NCBI GenBank assembly: GCA_012862495.1 | Contig: BLSG01000322.1 | Span: forward strand, 29,812 to 93,811 | Origin: Thraustochytrium aureum | Lineage: Eukaryota | Length of the DNA: 64,000 nt | Direction: 5' to 3' | Part shown: positions 34,086-45,928 of the stretch, in pieces | Layout of the letters: each line of letters opens with the position of its first letter | How positions within the stretch are numbered: position 1 is the first letter of the stretch | The notes under the pieces: generated by a model | The model's input: the letters and a program-made list of their open reading frames with translations, nothing else | The model's database searches: none | Told to the model about the DNA's origin: nothing | Position numbers and translations under genes: made by a program

Positions 34086-36311
34086 TCAGTACCAGCTCTC
34101 CTCCCGGAAGGTCGGCAGCTGCCGAACAAACCCGCGCTTTTCGGCCTTCGCGGCCTCCCGGCGCATGCGCTGCTCCTCCTTGAGCTGCCTCAGGTCAGGC
34201 GCCAGGGACCAAGCCGGGATGTCTGGCATCCCAAGCTCGGCGATGGCGCTGTAGAGAGACTTTGGCATGATGATGCGCGACAGCGAGGAAGCGAAGAGCA
34301 CGATGAAGAGCCGCGCGATCTCGGTTGAGATGTGCATCCCAGAGTTCGAAACTTGGATCGTTCCACTGAGAACCGCAAAGCTCGTGAGCGGGCTCTGCGT
34401 GACACCTGCAAAGTAGCCCTGCATCACAAGAAGCGCGACGAGGCCCGGTGGCATGGAAGGCGTGGCGCGCTTGAACACGGTGCAGTACAGCATCGAGCCC
34501 CAGCCGGCCCCAGCGCTCAGCGAAGGGCTGAAGATCCCGCCGGGGATCCCCGTTAAATATGTCGCTAGTGTGGCCACCTGCTTGGCGACGCCGTACCAAG
34601 GCCCGACCACGAAAAACTCTATATTGGCGCCATCGACCGTCACCTTGGAGTCTGACACATTCGCGTTGCAGTATGTGACGCCACCGTCAATTATCAGCTT
34701 GGCGTTGTTGTACCCAGAGCCCATCACATCGCCATCGCCGGCAAAGGCGACCGCTGCAAAGACCAACGAGCAGACGAAGAGGACGCCGAATGGGTGGCCT
34801 GCCAGAACTGGCACGCGGCGGCGCAGCTTGAGTGACAGGAATAGCGCGAGGGACCAAGCCCCGCCCAAAATGCCGCCTATTACGCTCGCGGCGACCGAGA
34901 CGATCACCAGATCTCCGTTGGTGCCGCCGCCTTGCACCACGCCAAAGTAACGGTAGCCTCCGTCGAACAGCATCGAGACGAGCCCCGTGAAAACCACGCA
35001 AGAGAGGATAAGGCGGCCCATCGCACGGTCAAAGTTGTTGCCCATCTCCTCGACGGCAAACACAACCCCCCCGATCGGGGTGTTAAAGGCTGCTGCGATG
35101 CCGGCAGCGCCGCCTGCAAGGCTCACCGCCTTGACGTACTGCGTCCGCGACTTGGCGGTGTTGAGAATCTCGCTCCGAATCTGGGGCGAGAAGCGGAACC
35201 CAATGCGCAAAATGCCGTACAGCACGCAGCTCGAGATTTGCACCGTAGGGCCCTCGCGCCCGACCGAAGCGCCGAGCGCCACACCAGCAACAGTGAGGAA
35301 AAACTTGCCGAAAGCGATCCGCCAGCTCAAGACCAGGCGAATGTTCCGCCCAAATACGTCGTCGAGTTCGCGCGAGCCAATCCACCGGCTGTCGAGCTTG
35401 GACTTTTCGCCGTGGCTTGGCGGCGGCACGAGCTCGAGCTCCTCTAGCATCGCCATCTCGAGCGGGATCCCAGACCCGCTCGTTCCGAAAAACAGCACCT
35501 CGACCAAGAGATAGATCAGACCAAACCCGATCGGTGCGATTGCGAAAATGGCCGGTTGCAGTGCCGGCTCTGAGCTCCACGAGTTGAGGCCAGCCTCTGC
35601 ATACCCGATCAGACCTGAGAATGCCACGGATATCATGCCGATGATCCCGCCAGAGAATAAAAACAGCGCCCACATTGCCGCGTGCTTCTCGAAGAACAAT
35701 TTCTTTTTGCGAACATAGTACGCCCACTCCTCGTTGATCGCGGCATGGGCCTCTGAACAATTGTTCGCCGGTGCCTCCTCCACGCTCGCGTCGCCGCCCT
35801 CCAAGTCGCCCATGCCCACGTCCTCCCGTGTTTGGCCGACACGTTCCATCCACTTCTCGCCGCCCTCCTCCGAGGACATGGAGCTCTCCAGCCTGACCTT
35901 CTTCTCAGGCTCTTGCTCCTCGAACATAACGCGTTTCGCGGAGGCCTGCGTCGCCAGCTGGCCGGAATCATCGCAGCGTCCCGCCGCGGCCTCAGGCGCC
36001 GTTCCCTGCACACCCTTGCTGCCCTCGCGCGCAGGCACCTCGCACAGGACATCAAGCACGTCGTCGACCACGGCCGTGACCTGCTCGAAAGCGCTGCTGT
36101 CGCCGTGGCGTCCAGCCCCATCCCCATCCCCGAGCATGCCGGCCGCGGCCACCTTCGCCTTCGCAGACCGCTGCGATCGCTGCTCAATCAAGCTTAGCTC
36201 TTCAGAAGCTCGTAGGTAGCTCTGGAGCCCAGCACAGTCGCTCCCGACATCGGTTGCCAACGACCCACCCTCGCGTTCATCGTCGCTAAAAAAACCAGAA
36301 CACCAGACCAC
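34086..36311 (-). CDS. CLC-family Cl-/H+ antiporter lacking CBS domains
   Basis: GSGIP, GREGP (gating Glu), AAAFNTPIGGVVFAVEEM (proton Glu), GGIFSP and SLY. Long acidic N-terminal extension; start uncertain (first in-frame ATG 36137). Confidence 0.92.
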   Translation of the reverse strand: MVWCSGFFSDDEREGGSLATDVGSDCAGLQSYLRASEELSLIEQRSQRSAKAKVAAAGMLGDGDGAGRHGDSSAFEQVTAVVDDVLDVLCEVPAREGSKGVQGTAPEAAAGRCDDSGQLATQASAKRVMFEEQEPEKKVRLESSMSSEEGGEKWMERVGQTREDVGMGDLEGGDASVEEAPANNCSEAHAAINEEWAYYVRKKKLFFEKHAAMWALFLFSGGIIGMISVAFSGLIGYAEAGLNSWSSEPALQPAIFAIAPIGFGLIYLLVEVLFFGTSGSGIPLEMAMLEELELVPPPSHGEKSKLDSRWIGSRELDDVFGRNIRLVLSWRIAFGKFFLTVAGVALGASVGREGPTVQISSCVLYGILRIGFRFSPQIRSEILNTAKSRTQYVKAVSLAGGAAGIAAAFNTPIGGVVFAVEEMGNNFDRAMGRLILSCVVFTGLVSMLFDGGYRYFGVVQGGGTNGDLVIVSVAASVIGGILGGAWSLALFLSLKLRRRVPVLAGHPFGVLFVCSLVFAAVAFAGDGDVMGSGYNNAKLIIDGGVTYCNANVSDSKVTVDGANIEFFVVGPWYGVAKQVATLATYLTGIPGGIFSPSLSAGAGWGSMLYCTVFKRATPSMPPGLVALLVMQGYFAGVTQSPLTSFAVLSGTIQVSNSGMHISTEIARLFIVLFASSLSRIIMPKSLYSAIAELGMPDIPAWSLAPDLRQLKEEQRMRREAAKAEKRGFVRQLPTFREESWY

Positions 36312-36349
36312 ACAAACTCAATCAGCAGGACTGGCATTTGCAAAGAGAA

Positions 36350-36401
36350 CAGCGCAGCACAGCGCAGCACAGCACAGCGCAGCGCAGCGCAGCGCAGCGC
36401 A
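36350..36401. repeat. Pentanucleotide microsatellite (AGCGC/AGCAC)n
   Basis: Directly visible upstream of the CLC gene. Confidence 0.9.
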
Positions 36402-37169
36402 GGGCGCGCGACAGGCAGCAAGCGCTCCCCCACGTGTCCACCGCAGCCTCCACCGACCGCCCCATCCCGCCCAATCTGCACCGCGCCCGCGCAACGGAAA
36501 CGCCGCCCCCGCNNNNNNNNNNNNNNNNNNNNNNNNNNNNNNNNNNNNNNNNNNNNNNNNNNNNNNNNNNNNNNNNNNNNNNNNNNNNNNNNNNNNNNNN
36601 NNNNNNNNNNNNNNNNNNNNNNNNNNNNNNNNNNNNNNNNNNNNNNNNNNNNNNNNNNNNNNNNNNNNNNNNNNNNNNNNNNNNNNNNNNNNNNNNNNNN
36701 NNNNNNNNNNNNNNNNNNNNNNNNNNNNNNNNNNNNNNNNNNNNNNNNNNNNNNNNNNNNNNNNNNNNNNNNNNNNNNNNNNNNNNNNNNNNNNNNNNNN
36801 NNNNNNNNNNNNNNNNNNNNNNNNNNNNNNNNNNNNNNNNNNNNNNNNNNNNNNNNNNNNNNNNNNNNNNNNNNNNNNNNNNNNNNNNNNNNNNNNNNNN
36901 NNNNNNNNNNNNNNNNNNNNNNNNNNNNNNNNNNNNNNNNNNNNNNNNNNNNNNCCGCGGCCACGGCTCGATCTATCTTTATAGATGTTTACTTCTCCAA
37001 CAGCAATTGTTTTTTTCTTGAAAATGGTACACTGTCTCGCGACGGCCTGAATGAAACACGGCGAGGCCTTTTTCGCGCCTCTCCGCCCCTGCCCGGCGCC
37101 TGAAACGAAAACATACGAGGCAGAACCCGAGCTCGAGCACGGACAAGACAGCCTTGCCTTGGCTTGCCG

Positions 37170-40100
37170 TCAAACCTTGTTCTGGAAGCGCTCCCAGATT
37201 TGGTTGTTCCTGTGGAAAGCCGCCTCGCCGGGGTCGGAAGCGGACCGCGACCATCGGCTGCGACTGGCGCCTGGCGGCTGCGACGTCGAGCGCCGGCGCT
37301 CCGAGCCGGTTCTGTCGGCGCTGGAGAACGTCGAGCTGTTTCGCGACCGGCCCAGCCCAGACCCGGGGTCTTCGCTCGGCCAAGGCGGCAGGGGCGGCGG
37401 AAGCGAGGAGCTCCTGGCACGAAATCCGCCCGAGGACTGCGAGCGCGCCCGAATCCCGCGGCGGCGACCCGATGGCTGTTTGCGCTTGGCGAGCGCGCGC
37501 CGAAGCTTGCGGCTTATCGCCTTGTCCGGCAGCGGAGGCGGCTCCGGCGCGCTTGGCGCAGGTGGGGCGCTGTTGGACTTTAAGAAAACTGGCCGGGACA
37601 CTGCGTTGAGGGCCTCGACGGTCTCGCCGATATAATTGGGCAGAGCCGGCCGAGGCGCCGACGGTGTGGCAGGCGCCGGCGGCGGGGGCGCGCGCGGCGT
37701 CTCGACCACTTGGGCCCCAGTTCGTTGCTCCTGGTACATGGCCACAAGGCAGCGAAGAACGCGGACCCACTCGTGCGCCGCGGTGTCGCTCGGCGCTTCG
37801 AACGTGTGCTTTGCCACTGCGGTCACGCTGACGTGAACGCGCTCAACTATTTCAAAGGCGCACGCCGTGGCATCAGCCGCACCGCTTCCCACAGAGTTGC
37901 TCCGTCTGTCGCTGCTGGGGCCGTCTGCGCCCTGGTCTTGCCTGCTTGGCCGACGCACCCCGAACGTCGACCGCCGCCGCGTGCTCTGCTGGCCGTGCTT
38001 TGCAGCGGGAACATCGACGCACATTGCGTTGCGGATGTTGATGGTCCTGAGCAAGTTGAGGTGGACATTCCCGAACCCAGACTCGAGCATCTCTTTGTAC
38101 ACCAGCAGCTCCCCGATGGCCTTGACAACTACATAGACCTTTGCGCCCCCCGGCTTTTCTCTGAGCCAGCCTTCGTGCGCAAACTCGCGAGACAGCAAGG
38201 CCTCGCGGTATTCCAGCTCCTTGAGCCGCTCCTGCAGCCACAGTTCTTCGGCAGGGTCTCGCGGTTCCTCGGCGTCGCTGTCGCTATTGCTGTTGCTCTC
38301 GCTGTTCTCACTGGCGTGGCTTCTCTCGTCCTCGTTCGCCGGAGGCGGTGGGATTTCAGACATGAAGCCCTCAATGAGGGCCACGTCATCGCTGCGCAGA
38401 CTGACACGCTCGCCCGTTGGGCTTGTGTAGTAGACCAGGCCGGCTTCGTCCTCGTCCTCGTCCTCCTCGCCTGCGCTAGTGTGGATCGGGTCGACCTTCT
38501 TGCCGTTCTTCAGAACGACCGACGCTCCTCCTTTGCTCTGGGACTGGGGGTCGTGGTAAACCGCTAGCGACTTGCTCTTGGAGCGCGAGCCCTTGCGCAG
38601 GTTTTGCCGCTTGCGCTTCACAATGCATCTCCAGAGACTCAAGAACAAGAGCACAAGCAGCGCAAGAGAAACCAGTCCGCCTGCGACAGCCAGGCCAATC
38701 ACAGCCGCTTGCGGCAGCCCGCTGGGCTCTCCCGGAGAGCCGCCCGTTGGCGACCGCGTCGACGAGCCGACCACGGCAGGGCACTTTTGCTCGCAAAAGC
38801 CGCCGCAGTCCACGCCCTCCTCACCTTGGTCCTGTTTTCCATTCTGGCACAAGAGCTTCGCCACAACCGAGTTGGCCAGGCACCCAACTGGCGTGCTCGT
38901 GTATCCCGTGCGGCAAGGCCCCCCAGCGGAGCACGAGTTGTCGCTGCCTTGAAGCCGCCCACTTGCCGCATAGCAGTCACATTGGCCCGTCGAAGGCAAG
39001 CAGCGCCCCGCTCCGCCACAAACAAGCCCGGTCGACGAGTCCACAGGGCAACGCTGCAACCGAAACGGGCAGTCCATCGCGCAGCACGCTTGCTCTGCCG
39101 CATCTCCAGTCGCACAGACCTCTCCTGCCTCGCAAACGCCGTTCCCACACTGCGCTGTGGCGTTGTCGGCGGTGGCAACACCATAGCACACCCCAAGAGC
39201 GTCCACAGAGTCACAACACCGCCCGAGCGCGTCGAGGCTCGCGCAGCACTGCCCGTCCAGGTCGACAAACGTTTGCGTTTCGTTGCCGCACACGCCACAA
39301 GCGCTCAGCTCGGCTATTGGACAGCACTTTGCGTCGCGATCCAAAGCTTGGTCTGCTTGGCAGCACGAACCATCGCCCGCAACAAGCGTCGTGCACGACG
39401 CGACCGCATCGAGCACCCTGACAGCGTTTGCGTCAAACGTTTCAGGAGCGCTAGACGCGCCTGGCGCAGCGCACAGCGTTTCGCACGAGGCAAGCAGCGG
39501 TGCGGCTGCGCAGGTCGCAGGAGCCGCATCCAGCTCGCTCGAAATGCAGAGCGCGCCGTCAGAGCTCTCTGGGGCTGGCACCACCAGTACAGGGTTGCAT
39601 GGGCGGTGTTGCATTGCCGCGATTCGACCTTGAGTAGCTCGCCGTTCTCACCCCAGACGCGGCGGCTCGTGAGGCCAAGGCCGTCGCATGGTGCACTGCA
39701 CTCTGACCACTCCTCCACGAAATGGCCCTCGTCGCTCAGTGCCCGGCGGGTCGCCATTGTGGGCTTTGGAATGGCGGAGCACGCGCTCCTGTTCACAATT
39801 CGTCCAGAGCCTTTGTCGCGACAGACCTCCACCTGAACCTTGGAGCTGCCGCCGCCCGCAGGTCCCGCCAAGGAGCTGTTGAACCACTCTGGCGCGCAGT
39901 CTTCGTTACAAGCTTCCGTTGTGCCGACCTTATCGAGGAGGATACCATTGCAGGCCGTGGACCCCTCGATCGGAAGTCCTGTCACGCTGCTAATGCAGAT
40001 GGCAGTTCGCGTTCTGGACCCTGGTACACCGCATGCGCTTTGCGAGCAAGCGCTCCAGTCCTCCACCTCCCAGCGGCGGCAGTGCGCCGCCCAGCACACC

Positions 40101-41388
40101 CTTTCCCGAGCCGGGGCTCGAAGACCTGCTAACACGCACAGGCTGACACTGCTGGCAAGGCTTTCCGCACTTGTCCACGACGCGGTTGCGGATTCTCGCG
40201 CTTGGCAGGTGATCGCTCGACGCTGGAGCCCCGTCACAGCGCAACTAGGCTGCCCGTTGACACTGCAGTCCCCCCACTCGCCGGCGACGAATCGAAGCGC
40301 CGGGGCGAGGTCGAGGGAGTTGCCGCCATGGACAAGGGCCGAGCCACCGAGGAGGGAAACGACGCCTTGCGCTTTAGGCCTCAGCCCGATGCTGGCTTCT
40401 AGAGTGATCTGCGTTCCAGCGGCCCATTGCAGCGGGACTCTCCAACGCGTGGTGCCAGAGTGGTCCGAAACCCCGCCACGCACTAGCATGCCACTACCTG
40501 CTTGCCCGCCGGACACCTGGATCGAGACAGTGGGCGCGGCAAGTGCGCTTCGCACCCCAGACACTTGCCAGCTTATTTGCGCCGTCTCGCCCGCGACGGT
40601 GGGCCGGGGCTTCGTCGAATGCGAGAACGGCCTTCACCCCGACCACTGTGACGTTCACCGTGCTGGACATACCACACGCATCGACCGCAAGCGCCTCCAG
40701 AGCAGCCTCCTGGCCCAACAGAGACGTTGTTCAGAAGACGCACGCTTGCGTCTGCCGATGTAGGCGGTAGTGAGGCGTAGTCGCCATCTTGGGCCCCGCG
40801 ACGCTGGACGCGAATTCCGACAATTTCGTTGGCGTCAAAGTCAAAGAGCAAGCCCGCGCGGACATCAGCGCTCGCAAAAGCCCCATCCCCCACAAGGACG
40901 CTGACTAGTACTGCGCCTTGCGAACCTGGCGCAGGGCGCGGCGCGGTTGCGGTTGCGTTGCAAACGCAGCGGCCCGACTCCTGACTCAACACGTACCCGG
41001 CCCGCCTGCAGCGGCACGCGGTTCCGTCCGTCGACGCCTGCGCATCCGATTGGCAGGGAACGCAAAGCTCTTGCGAGTTGCCCGCGACGCTCTTCGCCGT
41101 CCCTTCAGGGCAGAGCTGGCACAAGCCCGAGAGACTCGCCAGGAACAAGCCTGGGCCGCACGCACAGTCCCCTTCAAGCTCCACCTTCGGGGCCTCGCAA
41201 GAGCATTGCAGGCCGTCAAAAGCCGCGCCCTCCACGCACTGCACCACGACAAGGTCTGGCGCCACGTCTTCGCCCCGCGCGCTTGTCACCGCCGCGCCGC
41301 CGACCACGAGAGCGACCAATAACGGCACAATTTTACACGGCCGCCGCCTCGCGGGCGTGCCTCGTGAGCTCCTGGGCCAAGTGCCCAT
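37170..41388 (-). CDS. Large type-I membrane receptor/adhesin: Cys-rich, TSP1-like and EGF-like ectodomain, TM, cytoplasmic PH domain and Pro-rich tail (frameshifted)
   Basis: Signal-like IVPLLVALVVGGAAVTSARG; CQLCPEGT Cys-rich module; WGDCS, WSACS and WSECS TSP1-like repeats; CGVCG repeats; EGF-like CGGAGRC..GQCDC; TM AAVIGLAVAGGLVSLALLVLLFLSLW; PH-like HEGWLREK...FEI...FEAPSDTAAHEWVRVL. Joins three ORFs. Confidence 0.75.
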
Positions 41389-42109
41389 CGTGCAGCTTGG
41401 AGCGCCGGCCCACCGCGCCTTCGCCTTGCGCGTCTGCCTTCTTGGCTGACTCGAGAGCTCTGGCACGAGGCCGGCTCTAGCAAGCACGAGAGGGGAGGAA
41501 GGTTGCATCGCATCGACGGAGTTGGAAAAAGTTACCGTTACGACGGAGTGCCGTCCATCTCGCGAGGATGGCGAGCGCCCGCCCTCAAGCCCTCACNNNN
41601 NNNNNNNNNNNNNNNNNNNNNNNNNNNNNNNNNNNNNNNNNNNNNNNNNNNNNNNNNNNNNNNNNNNNNNNNNNNNNNNNNNNNNNNNNNNNNNNNNNNN
41701 NNNNNNNNNNNNNNNNNNNNNNNNNNNNNNNNNNNNNNNNNNNNNNNNNNNNNNNNNNNNNNNNNNNNNNNNNNNNNNNNNNNNNNNNNNNNNNNNNNNN
41801 NNNNNNNNNNNNNNNNNNNNNNNNNNNNNNNNNNNNNNNNNNNNNNNNNNNNNNNNNNNNNNNNNNNNNNNNNNNNNNNNNNNNNNNNNNNNNNNNNNNN
41901 NNNNNNNNNNNNNNNNNNNNNNNNNNNNNNNNNNNNNNNNNNNNNNNNNNNNNNNNNNNNNNNNNNNNNNNNNNNNNNNNNNNNNNNNNNNNNNNNNNNN
42001 NNNNNNNNNNNNNNNNNNNNNNNNNNNNNNNNNNNNNNNNNNNNNNNNNNNNNNNNNNNNNNNNNNNNNNNNNNNNNNNNNNNNNNNNNNNNNNNNNNNN
42101 NNNNNNNNN

Positions 42110-43205
42110 CTCCAAGAGGTCGTTCCTCTGCTGTGCCGCTTGCCCTTGAGCGTGGCTTGCGTTTTCAGAAACGCCGCTGCCTGCTGGGCTTGTTTCGCGA
42201 ACCGCCGAGAATGAGGCGCCTCGCGCTCCGCCGCGCCTCTTCTTTTCCGTCGGAGAGCCGGGCCGAGACAGGGGTCTCCGGGTCGATAGTTGACTCGACT
42301 GAGCGAGGCACGGCGGACTACTCGATTCGACGCGCGCTAGACTGACCCGCACGGCAGAATCGAGCAAAGCACTGGAGTTGCGAGTCAGGCGGTCGAGTGC
42401 CTCGCGCTCCGAGATGAACTGCGAGTTGGCGCACAGAACGGCCACTGAGCGGTGCGCGCACCGCTTGAGGCTGATGTTTAGCATCTCAAGGTGCGACTTG
42501 AGCATCACGCGATCGTCGAAACGCACCCAGAAGCGCTTCTCCCCAGCCTTGCTCGGTTTCGTTGGCTGGACCTCAACGCGGTTCTTCTTTCGCGGGCGAA
42601 GGAAGGAAAGGTCTTCCCCGAATTCGGTGCCGGTAAAGCTCACGATGCGGCGCCCACGGTGCCGGTCGAGCTCGTCAACCACCTCGTCGTCGGAAAAGAC
42701 GACCTCGTCCCCTTCGCCATCCGCGTTGCGGTCTTCCTCCTCCTCCTCCTCCTCCTCATCATCATCATCATCCAAGCTTACGTCCTCCTCCTCTCCCCGC
42801 TGCAAGAGACGGCTCTCCACGTGGTCGCTTTCGCCGTGTCTGTTGCGGCCGCCGTTGTGCTCTCGCGCGACCCGATCGTCGTCTTCGAGTGCTCGCGGGG
42901 AAGCCGCAAGGTTTGTTCTTGTCGTTGCTGTTGTTGTCGCCGCGGTGGGATTTGCAGCGCCCTGCGCTTGCAGCCTGGCTATGGCCTGCTCGCGGGCTTG
43001 TGGGCGCTCATTGAGGAGGTCTTGCCAGTCTGCGCTTGGAAGAGGCCAGTCAGAAACCGCCAGCGAACGGAGTTGCGCTCGAGCTGCACTTACCGTTCTC
43101 AAGAATCCACAGCGTGGTTCGTTGCACATTGCCGCCCAGAGCCTGCAGCACGTCGCCCAGCACCGCCTCGGGAATGTGTGGAAACACGGTCGTGAGGACG
43201 TCCAT
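42110..43205 (-). CDS. CUE-domain (ubiquitin-binding) protein, 3' partial
   Basis: MDVLTTVFPHIPEAVLGDVLQALGGNVQRTTLWILE (FP motif and di-Leu-like end). Intron 43030-43093 (GTAAGT..CTGAC..CAG) gives ILENDWQDLL; an acidic tract follows; runs into gap. Confidence 0.7.
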
Positions 43206-44408
43206 CGCTCCGCAGCTGCGCCTCCGCGTCGGCCGAGACACCGAAACGCAAGGATCCAAACGCGACCGATCAATCGCCGATGACCGGCGCCTCTTGCCAG
43301 GCGCGATCGCCAACGAGGCCGCGCCAAGCGGCCCACGGCACTGGCTTGCGCAGCCACCGCCAAGCCCGACTTGGAAGGCCTGGCGCGTCTGCCGCCCGTC
43401 GCACGTTTTCGAGCTCTAACGGCCTGCGCTAAGTACTCGAAGACAAGGAGAGGAGTACTCGTCTTCAACCTTCGTGTTGTTGCGGGCAGCGGCGAACACA
43501 GCAGAGCGATGGCAGCACCGATGGGGCCATCCATCGGGGCAAGCCGCGGCGGCGCAGCTGTAGCCCGGCCTCCGTGCTGCGCTCATACGTATGAAGACGA
43601 AGGGCAGCCTGCGGTGTAGCTCGTCGACATTGTTGGACAGCCTGCACAGCAGCTGCAGGACTTGCCGTTCGCTGGCCCAAAACCACGAGAGCGAGGCGCA
43701 CTCGCGCTCGAGCTCGCAGGGTTCACAACCGGCAGTACTCCAGGATCGAACAGCCTGCTGGCTGGCTTGCCCGGAGGCCTTGGCCGATCTCGAAAGCGCC
43801 CGAGCCGCGAGTGTACAATGGCGCACTTTCCCCTTTTTGTCGGCGCTACACGGAGGTCCACTCGATGCCAAGTCCATCGTGGTCTCGTCGAGGAGTTGCT
43901 GCGGCGAATCGCAGTCTGTGCAGGTTTCAAGTGCACCGTGCGCACTTGCCCGAGCGTTTGCCCTGGCGCCTGGTACACTACGCGTGGTACACCACCCTGG
44001 TGCCTCGATTGCGCGAGCAGCTCGATCGATCGAGCAGGGCCCGGGCGCGCTGCACTGGCGCGCACGGCTGGACTGGTGATCCCGAATGGGTCGTCGTCCT
44101 TCAACCCGGCTGCGCTTTCCCCTGGCCGGATCATGTGGCCCGAGTATGTTTGTGGAGTGCGCGCGTTGGGTTGAGAGCGATTGGCTTTGCATGCGTAGAC
44201 ACGCTCTCGTGTCGTGTTTCGCTCGCTTCTCAATCGTCGCGCGGGATTTCTTCTGGTGAAGAGCATCGTCGATCGCCACGGCAAACGCGCAATCGAGCAC
44301 TGCGCGGACCACCTGCCTGCTGGCAAGGACAGAGTACAGGCAGGCAGGCAGGCAGGCAGGCAACTTCTGGCTGGGATCAATCAAGTGGCTGGGGCGGCTT
44401 CGGCGAGA

Positions 44409-45488
44409 ATGGGCGTCGATGGGCTGGTTTGCGTTGTCACGGGCGGGTCTGGACTCGTCGGCCGAAGGCTCGTGGAGATGCTGGTGCAGCGCGGCGCGAA
44501 GGAGGTCGTCTCGTTTGACATCAACGACGTGGATAGCAACCCAGAGCTCGAATTCCTGAGCGCAGAGGAGAAGAAGCGCGTCAGGTACATCAAGGGGGAC
44601 CTGACCAAGCCGAGCGACGTCCTCGAGGCGCTGCGGGGCGCCGACTGCGTCTGGCACATCGCGGCGCTCGTGGGGCCCTACTACCCGCACAACGCGTACA
44701 TGAAGGTCAACTACGAGGGCACGCTGAACGTGATCAACGCGTGCCGCGAGCTGGGCATCCGAAAAATCGTGGGCTCCTCGTCGCCCTCGACGCGGTTCGA
44801 CGGAAACGACATCGACGGGCTCCGCGAGGACCAGCTGGAGATCCGCAAGCCAGGCCAGTTCCTGGAGGCCTATGCCGAGACCAAGGCCATGGGCGAGGTC
44901 GCCTTGCGCGAGGCCAGCGACCTCCTCACCGTCGCCGTGGCGCCGCACCAAGTGTATGGCCCGCGCGACTCGCTCTTCCTGCCCAACCTCCTGATGGCAA
45001 CCGCCTCTGGCAAGCTGCGCGTCTTTGGGAACGGCGAGAACAAGGTCTCCTTCACTCATGTCGACAACTACTGCCACGGCCTCATCATTGCCTACGACAA
45101 GCTGTACGAGGGCTCCCCCGCCCTGGGCAAGTTTTACATCGTCACCGACGGCGGCCACATCAACTTTTGGCGCACCATCGACGACGCCGGCATGGCCCAC
45201 GGGTACCCCTCGCTGTTCGAAAAGTTCAAGCTCCCATACACGCTCATGATGTGCGTCGCTATGCTGCTGCGCGGCTTGACGGCAGTGACAGGCGTCAAGT
45301 TTCGCGTCACGCCCTTCACCGTCAAGATGCTGACCATCCACCGCTGGTTCGACATCTCGAACGCGGAGCGCGACCTGGACTACAAGCCGATCATCACCTT
45401 TGAGGCGGGCTGGAAGAGCACCATGGACTGGTTCACCAAGCACGAGGACTGGTGGCTCCAGTGCGCGCACAAGACGATGAGCAAGTGA
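44409..45488 (+). CDS. NSDHL: 3-beta-hydroxysteroid dehydrogenase / sterol-4-alpha-carboxylate 3-dehydrogenase (NSDHL/ERG26-like)
   Basis: VTGGSGLVG, VNYEGT, SSSPS, YAETK, YGPRD, FTHVDN; intact ORF with strong GC3 bias. Confidence 0.85.
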   Translation: MGVDGLVCVVTGGSGLVGRRLVEMLVQRGAKEVVSFDINDVDSNPELEFLSAEEKKRVRYIKGDLTKPSDVLEALRGADCVWHIAALVGPYYPHNAYMKVNYEGTLNVINACRELGIRKIVGSSSPSTRFDGNDIDGLREDQLEIRKPGQFLEAYAETKAMGEVALREASDLLTVAVAPHQVYGPRDSLFLPNLLMATASGKLRVFGNGENKVSFTHVDNYCHGLIIAYDKLYEGSPALGKFYIVTDGGHINFWRTIDDAGMAHGYPSLFEKFKLPYTLMMCVAMLLRGLTAVTGVKFRVTPFTVKMLTIHRWFDISNAERDLDYKPIITFEAGWKSTMDWFTKHEDWWLQCAHKTMSK

Positions 45489-45928
45489 GATGATTGCAGT
45501 ACTCGTAAACCTCAAGTCCATAGCCAAACACCACTCGGCCCCAACCAAAACCGTTCGCTCGCCATTCGCAGCAACCGTCCTGCCAGGGCCCGCCCCTGCA
45601 CTGCCGCGCAGCCCCGTGCCCTTGCGGCGCCGCCGCGACAAACATCATCGACCCCAACGATGACCTCTCGTGCAGAGTCAGTAGTACTTGCTCCACATTC
45701 TACTCGCTGGAGGTGGCCTTGAGCCAAAACCACTCAGCAGCTGACCGCTCCAGAGCGCTGTCGCAGCCCTGCCTCCCGAGCCGCCGTGCTGCTGGTGCTC
45801 GTGCTGCTGGCGCCGCTGCGCTTGCCGCCCTGTGGCGCGTCCGGTCGCCGGGGGTTACGTGGTGCGGGCGGCGGCGAGGCGCGGAGGCGGGCGGATTCTG
45901 GCATTTTGTGCGGCTCCAGGGCGGCGCC

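Noticed and set aside
43583..44270. Possible small minus-strand gene between the CUE and NSDHL genes
   Set aside because: No recognisable domain and ambiguous frame; insufficient evidence.
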